Shown here in pieces: positions 43,605-53,700 of a DNA stretch of 64,000 bases. Source of the stretch: the human T2T-CHM13v2.0 reference genome, Homo sapiens. The stretch lies in the NCBI RefSeq assembly GCF_009914755.1, contig NC_060926.1. One strand, 5' to 3'. The translations under genes and the position numbers were made by a program. The notes beneath the pieces were generated by a model. The model did no database searches, was not told the DNA's origin, and was given only the letters and a program-made list of their open reading frames with translations. Position 1 is the first letter of the stretch, and every line of letters begins with the position of its first letter.

Positions 43605-44481
43605 TTTGTCCAGAATTTATTCCTTCCAGTGGGTTCTTGGTCTCGCTGACTTCAAGAATGAAGCAGAGGACCTTGCAGTGAGTGTTACAGCTCTTAAAGA
43701 TGGTATGTCCACAGTTTGTTCCTTCAGATGTTCAGATGTGTCTGGAGTTTCTTCCTTCTGGTGGGTTCATTGTCTCACTGACTTCAGGAGTGAAGCGGCA
43801 GACCTTCATAGTGAGTGTTACAGCTCTTAAAGGTGGAGTGTCCGGAGTTGTTTATTCCTCCTGGTGGGTTTGTGGTCTTGCTGACATCAGGAATAAAGCT
43901 GCAGACCCTCACAGTGAGTGAGGGTCATAAATGTAGTGTGAGCTCATAAATGTTGTGTGGAACCAAAGAGTGAGCAGTAGCAAGATTTATTGTGAAGAGC
44001 AAAAGAACAAAGCTTCCATAGTGTGGAAGGGGACCTGAGCGGGTTGCCACTGCTGGCTCGGGTGGCCAGCTTTTATTCCCTTATTTGGCCCCACCCACGT
44101 CCTGCTGATTGGTCCATTTTACAGAGTGCTGATTGGTGCGTTTACCATCCTTTAGCTAGACACAGAGCGTTGATTGGTGCGTTTTTACAGAATGCTGACT
44201 GGTGCGTTTACAATCCTTTAGCTAGACACAGAGCGTTGATTGGTGCGTTTTTACAGAATGCTGACTGGTGCGTTTACAATCCTTTAGCTAGACACAGAGC
44301 GTTGATTGGTGCGTTTTTACAGAATGCTGACTGGTGCGTTTACAATCCTTTAGCTAGACACAGAGTGCTGATTGGTGCATTTTTACAGAGCACTGATTGC
44401 TGCATTTACAATCCCTTTGCTAGACACAAAAGTTCTCCAAGTCCCCACCCGACCCAGAAGCCCAGCTGGCTTCACCTCCCA
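43605..44481 (-). promoter_or_regulatory. 3' LTR (LTR12 family, 877 bp) with CCAAT-box tandem repeats
   Basis: Begins TGGGAGGTGAAGCCAGCTGGG on -; repeated ctgattggtg units at 44100-44425. Confidence 0.9.
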
Positions 44482-44499
44482 ATCCCCCCTCTAAACAGG

Positions 44500-45240
44500 A
44501 CACCCCAACTGCTGCTGGGAATTGGGCGATGACTGCTCTAGCTACTTCCCTCTGGATACGGGTGAAGAAGGGGCCCTGCAGTTGTAGTGTCCTCCAGAGG
44601 GGAACTCTCTATGCCAGTGAAAGGGCCAGGAGGTCGGTCCAGGGGTCCTTGGTAGAAGTTGTTAGTTGAGCTCATTTGGTGTTCCATTTGTAAGACATCT
44701 GTAGCTTGATGGCCTCGATCCTAGAGGAAGCAAATTTGACATGGAGGTTAAAAATACAGGGCCCAAAGGTGAATAATAGCAAGATGGCTGCCATGGGACC
44801 CAGAAAGGAGAGAAGCCATGTTGTCCAACTCCAGTGGTTGGTATAAAAGTTTAAAAGGCATTATCTGATTTCAGAAGCCTTTTCCTGTAAATGCCAGGTG
44901 ACATCTCATACTATCCCTGACTGCTTAGTGTAAAAGCAACACTCTTCCCCTAAGAAGGTTCAAAGTCCTCCTTTCTCAGCAGTGAGGAGGTCTAGGCCTC
45001 AGTGGTTTTGGAGAGTCACTGCTGCCAAAGAGTCTATTTGGGATTGTAGAGTAAGGATAGATTTCATTATTTCTTGCAAACTGTCTGAGAAATCCTTTGA
45101 GAGTGTGTGATAGTAGGATAATGAAGTAGATAAACCTGCTATTCCAGTTCCTGTAGCAGTGGCCATTCCTAACCACGTGAGTAGGGGTATTAGTTGTATG
45201 GCTCTGCGCTGACAGACTTGAGCTTTGAGGGGTACTGATA
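44500..45240 (-). pseudogene. env: env remnant (mainly TM region)
   Basis: Lies just upstream of the PPT; contains fusion-peptide-, heptad- and ISU-like stretches typical of HERV9/W env, with frameshifts and deletions. Confidence 0.7.
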
Positions 45241-45382
45241 GTGTCTGATTTCCATAAGATTAGAAATTAAGATAATACATGTTACACTGTTAACTTTTAG
45301 CAAATTTTACTTTTGTTGAAAACCTTGTAAGTTTGGGATTTTAATTTTTCTTTGCTATTAATGAAACCTCGTTCAGCCCATA

Positions 45383-45700
45383 TTAACTTACAATTGGTAT
45401 AGATGGCTCCTTCCTGATTCTGTAAAGTAAGGTTTGGCTGAGTGCAAACAACTCACACGCTTGAGCAGACCAATTATTAGGCAATTTTCCTAACTCTGCT
45501 TCTACAAGAATTTCCTTATCATTTACTAAATACCCATTGTGTCTTTTTCCCTTAATCACCTGGGAGGAACCATCTATCATCCTGTCCTGAAGGGAGTTCC
45601 TCCTAGGTCTGGTCGGACCTTTGTATGGTAATTAAGATTTAGGTCCCCTGTTAGGAAACCTGCTGGCTTAAGGATTTTTGACAGGAAGGCCATGGGTGTT
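45383..45700 (-). pseudogene. pol: pol remnant (RNase H fragment); RT and integrase largely deleted
   Basis: IDGSSQVIKGKRHNGY...NNWSAQACELFAL. Confidence 0.75.
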
Positions 45701-46188
45701 CAGTAGCCTCAGTGTTTTTGGGCTATGCCCTTGTTTACACTGACAACAAGGTGGTATCAGAATGTTATAGGGCCATGGAGAAGACCTTCAATTATCAATC
45801 ATAGGTTTCAAATTTACCCTGGCTTTTAAAGGAATAGGGTACACTGTTTTTTCTTTACTACTTCCATCTCTCTTTCTTTCTCTTTGACTTCTTTGTCTCT
45901 CTCTTTCTGACTCCTTGTCTCTTTCTCTTGCTCTCTCTCTCTCTCTGACTTTCTGTCTCTTTCTCTCTTTCCTTTCTGCTGGTCTTTCCCTACCTCTGCT
46001 AGCTGCTTATACTGCTGTTCTTGCCTCTCCTTCTCCTTTTTGATGGCTTTGGCAGTGTAAGGCTGCCACCTCCTTGGGTTTTTACACTGTGTGTAATAAC
46101 TCCATGATTTCCTTGTCGTATTTAATGGGGGTTCCCCCAGAGGTTAGGAACTCCCTTTCTTTCCATATTGCAGCATGAACATGTAGGA

Positions 46189-46431
46189 TTAGATAAGCAT
46201 ACTTCCTATCTGTAGCAAACTTTCCCAGTTACAACTGAGGAGGTGGGAGAAATACCTGATTATAGGCTGTCCCAGGATTCCTCGGATGGTAACAGAGCTT
46301 GAGGATAGCTGTCTGGGACAGGAGATGAACACTGAGAAAGCCACACCAGTGTCCAGAAGGAAGTCAATTTCCTGGCCCTCAATGGTTATACATACCTGGG
46401 GCTCAGTGAGAGTGATGACATGAGCTGGCAC
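46189..46431 (-). pseudogene. pro: Retroviral protease remnant
   Basis: FLLDTGVAFS active-site motif. Confidence 0.85.
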
Positions 46432-46439
46432 TTGCCCCA

Positions 46440-47910
46440 GGCATCCTCAGTCCTGTTGTTGGATCATCTGGTTGGGTGCTTCTGGCCCAGAGAACCTTTG
46501 TCCTCTGGGGCAATGTGCATTCTAGTGATTGCCTCAGCATAGTGGACATGGGTGAGGGGGCAGCTTGTTTCTCATTGGACAATCCTTTTTAAAGTGTCCT
46601 TGCAAACCACACTGGTAACAAGCCCTACTGGGTGATTGGCCTGCTCCATTTTCTGTCCTCTCTGAACCACCGAGGTTTGTTTGTTTGAGGGCCGTGACTA
46701 AGGCTGCGGCCTTTCTCTGGTTTCACTTTTCCTTTTCTGCCTGTTCCTCTTGGTCCCTATTATAGAACACCAAGGTTCCCAGGTTTAATAATGCCTCCAG
46801 ATTTTGTTCAGGGCCCAGGGCTTGCTTTTGGAGCTTTCTCCTGATATCTGTGGCTGATTGTGTAATAAATTTATCTTTTAGAATCAATTGACCCTCGAGT
46901 GAGTCAGGTGACAGGGGAGTATATTTTCTTAAGGTCTCCCATAGCCACTTGAGGAAGGCAAAAGGATTTTCTTCCTTTCCCTGAGTTATGGTGGACATCA
47001 TTGAATAATTCATGGGTTTTTTCCTAATTCTCCTTAGTCCTTCTAGAACACAAGTCAACAGATGTTTGCGACTCCAGTCCCCATGATCTGAGTTGAGGTC
47101 CCAGTGGGGATCCATACTTGGGATGGCTTGCTGACCAGTAGGGTATTTGTCCCTTTCTTTGGCTGTCATTCTATCATTTACTTGACTAAGATATGAGGTA
47201 TCTCCAAACTCTCAGGCTGCAGCTAAAGCCACATTCTTTTCATTAAAGGCCAGGGTTTGATCTAACAATAGCGTAACATCTCTCCAAGTGAGATTGAAGG
47301 TTTGCTCTAGACTCAGTAGGACAGCTATATACCTATCAGGATCATCTGAAAGCTTCCCCAAGTCTGCCTTGATCTGCTTTATATCAGAGAGAGAGAAAAG
47401 GGCACATGCACCCAGGTTGGGCCAGATTCCCCTCCCCCTACAGCTTGAACGGGACATAACCGATAGCCTGGGGGTTTTTGTGGTCCTTTGGAGATTTCTT
47501 TGCTTGTTTCCTTCTGGGCAGAGGAGATTAGAGGAGGCTTATCATTAATAGGAATGGGAGTTATAGGGAGGCTAGGATATGGGAGTAAGCTGAAAGGTCC
47601 TCCTATGGGATGTAAATTGCAAGCTTTGCATAGTAGTGGATTCACCTTCAATGAAAAGAAAGCTTGGACATAAGGTATTTTGCTCCATTTGCCTTCCCTC
47701 TTACAGAAAAGGTCAAGCTGCAGGATAGTATTATAATTTATACTTCCCTCAGGTGGCCATTTTTCCCCATCAGAGAGAGAACATTGGGGCCAGGCCATAG
47801 TGCAGAAAAAACGAGCTGCCTCTTTTTGAGGGTTTGCAGGTCAAATTGGTTCCAATGGCTTAGGATGCATTTCAAGGGTGAGCCTGTTGATGCCTGAGTG
47901 TTTCCTACCT
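46440..47910 (-). pseudogene. gag: gag remnant (frameshifted)
   Basis: [25 protein letters not shown], major homology region ITQGKEENP..F and FITQSATDIRRKLQK in ORFs 47379..47798, 47212..47457 and 46723..47169. Confidence 0.9.
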
Positions 47911-49048
47911 GAAAGACAAAACCACCCATGGTTTTGGTTTGTTTGTTTCTCCCCCTGCCCAAGAACCCGCAACTGTCCCTGGACCCTGCTGATCGGAATA
48001 GTTGTGCTCACCAATGCAGCAGCAGAAACACCTCTCACCCAAGAACCTGCAACGGTCCCTGGACCCTGCTGATCAGAATAGAAGTGCTCACTGACACAGC
48101 AGCAGAAACACTAGTTTTCCTCCTAGACCACAAGGAGAACTGAAGAAGGTCGGATTTAGTGGCCCTTACCAACACATTCTCGAAAAACTGTTAGAGTCCT
48201 AAGCATTCTCCTGTTAGTATTGGGACCTTACCACTGTCCTATAAAGATGTTATGCCCCAAAAATGAAGTGGAGGGCCATACCCTGAGGGAAGGAAGAGAT
48301 CTCCAGAGTTGGAAGAGTGATGCCTTTTGTCCTCACTTGAATAGGAAGGATATCATTTCTGAGGCTCCCTATATCCTAGCTTCAGGAATAGCCTTTGTTA
48401 GGCCTGCTTGTCTGAGGAGGGATCCTAAAAGGATAGTTGGTCTCCCCATCCAACAGGGCTTTGGGCAAAAATTATGTCTTTCTGATTGGTGACCCCAGGT
48501 GCCTAAGGAAGAGACTAGAGCCCTGGAGTTTATACTGGAAATCATTCTTATAGGAGAAACTGGAAAAGCACCAGAGACAGGGAGTGGTTTTTAGAAGCAG
48601 GACTGACCTCGGAGAAGAGGGGCGAGAGGAAGTTTGTCTGACAAGCATTAGGACCCAGGAGGCAAGGGTCAGGATAGATAGGATAGATGGGCAAGTCTCG
48701 CTTGGGCGACATGACTTTAAGAGTTCCGCTCATGGCCGCAGGGTCAACCAACTTGTTGGGACCCCGGAGCTGAACGGCTTTCCTCTCTGTCAACCCTCAG
48801 GTCAGCCCAGATGTACAGGAGAAGCAGAAGCTGGTTCCAGGCAAACCAATGCTTCCATCTCTGAAGAGTCAGGGATTGTTAGAGAGCCCTTTCCCAGAAA
48901 GCCTGACACCCGTGTCTTTAGTCCAGTGGCTGCGCTAGTCACTTTTAACTGGCCGACAGGTGCCTGGTATTTAGCCCCCAAATTCTAAGGAAAAATAGGA
49001 CAGAATAGCAAGCTAAAGGGGTCCGATAGTACTCACTGCTTGGTGATT

Positions 49049-49066
49049 GTCCCATCTGGGTCGCCA
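49049..49066 (-). promoter_or_regulatory. Primer-binding site for tRNA-Arg (TGGCGACCCAGATGGGAC)
   Basis: + strand gtcccatctgggtcgcca equals the recalled 3' 18 nt (including CCA) of a tRNA-Arg(CCG). Confidence 0.85.
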
Positions 49067-49072
49067 AAATGT

Positions 49073-49090
49073 GCCCCACGTTGGGCGCCA
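49073..49090 (-). promoter_or_regulatory. Primer-binding site for tRNA-Lys1,2 (TGGCGCCCAACGTGGGGC)
   Basis: Exact canonical 18-nt Lys1,2 PBS, 3 nt from the end of the 5' LTR. Confidence 0.92.
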
Positions 49091-49093
49091 AGA

Positions 49094-49970
49094 TGTGTCC
49101 AGAATTTATTCCTTCTGGTGGGTTTTTGGTCTTGCTGACTTCAAGAATGAAGCCATGGACCCTAGCGGTGAGTGTTACAGCTCTTAAAGATGGTGTGTCC
49201 GCAGTTTGTTCCTTCAGATGTTCAGATGTGTCCGGAGTGTCTTCCTTCTGGTGGGTTTGTGGTCTCACTGACTTCAGGAGTGAAGCCGCAGACCTTCACA
49301 GTGAGTGTCACAGCTGTTAAAGGTGGTGCATTGGAGTTGTTTGTTCCTCCTGGTGTGTTCATGGTCTCGTGGTCTCGCTGCCTTCAGAATGAAGCCGCAG
49401 ACCCTCGTGGTGAGTGTTAAGCTCATAAAGGTAGTGCGGCCCCAAAGGGTGAGCAGCAGCAAGATTTATTGTGAAGGGCAAAAGAAGAAAGCTTCCACAG
49501 CATGGAAGGGGACCCGACTGAGTTGCACTGGCTCAGGTGGCCAGCTTTTATTCCCTTATTTGGCCCCACCCACATCCTGCTGATTGGTCCTTTTTACAAA
49601 GTACTAATTGGTGCATTTACAATCCTTTAGCTAGACACAGAGCACTGATTGGTGCGTTTTTACAGAGTGCTGATTGGTGCATTTACAATCCTTTAGCTAG
49701 ACACAGAGTGCTGACTGGTGCTTTTTTACAGAGTGCTGATTGGTGCATTTACAACCTTTAGCTAGACACAGAGTGCTGATTGTGCATTTACAGTCCTTTA
49801 GCTAGACACAGAGTGCTGATTGGTGCATTTTTACAGAGTGTTGATTGGTGCATTTACAATCTTTTAGCTAGACACAGAGCGCTGATTGGTGCATTTACAT
49901 TCTCTTAGCTAGACACAAAAGTTCTTCAAGTCCACACCTGACCCAGAAGCCCAGCTGTCTTCACCTCTCA
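49094..49970 (-). promoter_or_regulatory. 5' LTR (LTR12 family, 877 bp)
   Basis: TGAGAGGTGAAG...GGACACA on -; CCAAT repeats at 49575-49915. Confidence 0.9.
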
Positions 49971-50422
49971 GCAGGATCTCAGCTCACTGCAACTTTTGCC
50001 TCCCGAGTTCAAGCAATTCTCTTGCTTCAGCCTCCTGAGTAGCTGAGACTACAGGTGCATGCCACCACGCCCAGCTAATTTTTGTATTTTTAGTAGAGAT
50101 GGGGTTTCACCATTTTGGCCAGGATGGTCTCGATCTCCTGACCTTGTGATCCACCAGCCTCGGCCTCCCAAAGTGCTGGGATTACAGGCATGAGCCACTG
50201 CACCTGGCCAATTTTCTGAATTTCTTTAAGAGGTTTATTCTGAATCCTCTATCTGACATTTAATAGATTGTCTGGGTTCATTAGAGGAGCTTTGTTGGTT
50301 TCTTTTGGTGGTGTCATATTTCTCTGAGTTTTCATAATTCTTGCATCTTTATGTTGATACCTACAAATTTGAGAAAACAGACACTTCTTCCAGTTTTTCT
50401 GGGTGTTCCTTGGTGGTATTTA

Positions 50423-50709
50423 TTTATTGCAGACAGAGTCTCACTCCAACATCCAGGCGGGAGTGCAGTGGCACTATCTCAGTTCACTGCAACCTCTGCC
50501 TCCCAGGTTCAAGTGATTCTTATGCCTCAGCCTCCCGGGTAGTTGAGATTATAGGCTTGTGCCATGATGCCTGGCTAATTTTTGTATTTTTAGTAGAGAC
50601 AGGGTTTCAGCATGTTGGCCAGGCTGGTCTTGAACCCCTGACCTCAGATGACCCACCCACATCGGCCTCCCAGTGCTGAGATTACAGGCATAAGCCACTG
50701 TGCCCGGCC
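50423..50709 (-). mobile_element. Alu (AluSx/Sz-like)
   Basis: Full dimer with a short tail; TSD tggtgg(t/c)attta at 50411-50422 and 50712-50723. Confidence 0.9.
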
Positions 50710-53700
50710 TGTGGTGGCATTTAACATTTACCACTTAGTATCAACACTTAAACACTGATTTATTTATCCTTCCTGTACTGGGGAAGTCTTATACTGAACA
50801 TAAACACTTAAATGCTACTCTGGAACTAAATTGCTGGCCTGTAATTGTTTCCAGGTCTGGAGAAGACTTCTAATGAGCACCAGAAACTAAACATTACCTC
50901 AGAACTATATTGCTACCCTCCTGTTTTTTCCTAGTCTGGGGAAGATTTAGCAGGTACCAGAACTTAATCTGACTTTTTTACTTGTTCTGGATCAGAGAAA
51001 GGCTTCATAAGAGCACCTGGGCTATGTGGAAAATCCAGCCCCAGATTCAGGTCTTCCTGTGGAATATGCCCCCTGCAGCACTTATGGCACTGGCCAGTCT
51101 CTTCAATATGGCATTGATATTGATTGGAACACAGAACAGCTTCCAAGATCTGTATGCCAGTCACTATGATCATCACCTCACCTATTGTCCCCAATTTATT
51201 CCAGGTGGTTCAGCCCTCCTAACACTTACAGTGGTATCTGCGGGATGGGAACAGATTTAGCTTCCCACAAAGACTTTCAGACCAATGTGGAAATTGAACA
51301 TCCACCTGCAACTCCCTTCTCATACCTCAAAAACTGTGGGTCTAGAGAAATTCTCTGTGAGTGGCATTATGCCAGCTTGAGGGAGGGTGTAGCTAGGCTG
51401 AAATGATTATTTCTTTTACTGCTCAGGTCTTCCCTTGATTCTGTAGGCCCAGTGGGTTTTCCTACTGCTCCACTGAGCTCTGGTGAACTCAGGGTAATAT
51501 TCTTAATCTCTGAATAGTTTCTAAGTGCATTTTTGTGGGAAAAGTAATGCTGGGGGGTCTATTCTGCCACCTTCCTGATGTCACCTCTGGAGAATAATTT
51601 TTAACATTTAGATATTTTGTAAACTTCATATAACTTAATTTTAGGATGGTGCAATTAAGAATCCTATGACAAAATTAGGGGCATGAAATCAATTTGTTTA
51701 GATACTTAAAAAAATTAATTTGAAAGCCATTAGTTGTAAGATAACTTAGTGGTAAAAACGTCTCTAAATCTCAAGCCAATAACTCTGCATATCATGTCAA
51801 AATTCACAACCTATAACCTCTGTTTTCTTCCTGCTCCCTCCCACACTTTATTACTCTAGCCACTTTTTCCAATGTTTACTTTAATTCTCAGCATCGAGAA
51901 CATGGAAAGAAAATTAAAATAGTAAGATGGAAATACCTCTAGAATCAGATTGCCATGGACTCTGAAATTGAAATACTAACCACTTAATAGCTAAAAAGAA
52001 ACACAGAAGTGTTAATAACAAAAATGAAAAATAGTAATTAAGCTGCAATGTGGCTGCAAGTGCAATTCTCATACAAAATTAAAGAAGAAAAGAAAACATT
52101 CTCAATGTTATGAAGACAGAAATACCAAGAAAAAGGTTTTTTCTCCTTTTGAACTTTAGTCAGAGAAAGTTAATCTACATTTATGATATTAATCTTTCTG
52201 CTTTGGTTTATGTTGAATTTATATTTAATCAGATTTATGGAATGAATAACAATTCTAATGAGAGGGTGGAAGTCTCAGCTGAACAGGCAAACAATGACTG
52301 AACACTACTTTCTAAGCAGAATTTGATGACATACATTAAAAAAATCCAGTGTATTTAGGAATTGAATGTGTTGCAATCATTCATGGAAGTCATAATGACT
52401 GAGAAGGAAAGACTTAGTTGCAATATTTTGTAAAGAAAAATCTGTTTCTACTTATTAGATTTAAACTAATAGGAATAAAAATTTCGAGATAGCAAAAGCT
52501 TAACTCTTTGAAGACAAAATCAGAACGGACCAATTTCACCAAGTTGTCATATAATCACTACTTATTTCATTAATTAAAATGTTCAGGTCTACCATGCCAG
52601 ACATAAAAGACTACAAAGATATGTAACAAATAATATTTTCTCCATGAAACTTGCATTGTATAAAAGGAATTGAAATCTGATTTTATTCTGTAACAATATG
52701 CCCAATTACTGACTGAAGAAAGTGAGCTATAGATACAGGCTATCTGAACTTTGAACTTTGTCTCTATTGATTTCTTAGTGAGACATTTGGGAAATATGAT
52801 CTAACTGCCATATTGTCATTGAACAGAAGAATGTTTCTATATTGCATTAATTAGTGCTTCTAAAAGGCTTAAATATATATACACACAAATACACTATATT
52901 CCTAAAATGAAAGATCATGTACCTATAACTATGATGTGTATATGAATGTATGGATACACACATATATTATGTTCAATATATGTAAAATACATGTATAATA
53001 TATATGTGAAATATATGTATATGTATATAAACAGAAATGGAGTGGAACAGTTATTTGCACTTTATATGCCAGTGTACAAAAGCATGTTAGTTACTGCCTC
53101 TGCTCTTCTCAGCCACATCATTTGAGATATCTGAACGTAGCTCCTAATTTTAGTATGTTCTTATATCAGTTAATCTACTTGTCTACTAGTCAGGTTAAAT
53201 CTGTGAAAGCATTCCCACACTCCTTAACCTAAAACAAAAAAACAAAAACTTTTTGTTTTCTAAAGGGGTTGCTAACCCTTTAGAAGACAAAATTAAACAC
53301 TGGAAAAATTGTCAATCATAAAAAATTTAAATGAATTTAAATTGAATCCATAACAATAAATTTGATTGAAAAATACAGGGATACAGCATAGAGAAAAGTT
53401 AAATTATAAATAAAATAAAGGTACATGTAGGTTTTATAATATAATACAAATGAATAGAAAAGAGCCTTTTCCTTTATTAGAAAATAATACTAAGTTTGGA
53501 ATGTTATAACAGGGTTATATGTGTTATGGGCCAAACTTAAGTAAATATTCCTATGTAGGCTAGCAACATATACAAAATTATGATTGTTTAGGAAAGTAAA
53601 ATTATTTCTTATTTAAAAAACTTGCTTTTATAGAAAACATATAGAAATAATTATTATATAACAACATTTATTGAAGTTGAGTCCTTATAATACAAAATGT

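Larger units (their letters stand above)
43605..49970 (-). mobile_element. HERV9/LTR12-group provirus, internally deleted (4.6-kb internal region)
   Basis: Two LTRs; 4-bp TSD GCAG (43601-43604, 49971-49974); PBS next to the right LTR, polypurine tract next to the left LTR; gag, pro, pol and env remnants. Confidence 0.93.
43539..50209 (-). mobile_element. AluSc split by the provirus (43539-43604 and 49975-50209)
   Basis: The halves join seamlessly (...gtgcagtggcag|gatctcagctcactgc); AluSc diagnostics tcaccaggctgg and ttggccaggatggtctcgatctc; 15-bp TSD aattt(c/t)ctgaatttc at 43524-43538 and 50210-50224. Confidence 0.9.
42618..51588 (-). mobile_element. Old internally deleted L1M in pieces (42618-43538, 50225-50422, 50710-51588), host to Alu and HERV9 insertions
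   Basis: ORF2-like sequence at 42618-43490; ORF1/5'UTR-like sequence after 50225 ending attctgccaccttcctgatgtcacctct, an L1M-type 5' terminus. Confidence 0.65.

Noticed and set aside
44023-44532. 169-aa ORF with 22-aa repeats
   Set aside because: Antisense translation of the 66-bp LTR12 repeats.
47957-48112. ~80-bp tandem duplication in the proviral leader
   Set aside because: Recalled as a usual HERV9-group leader feature; the copies are diverged.
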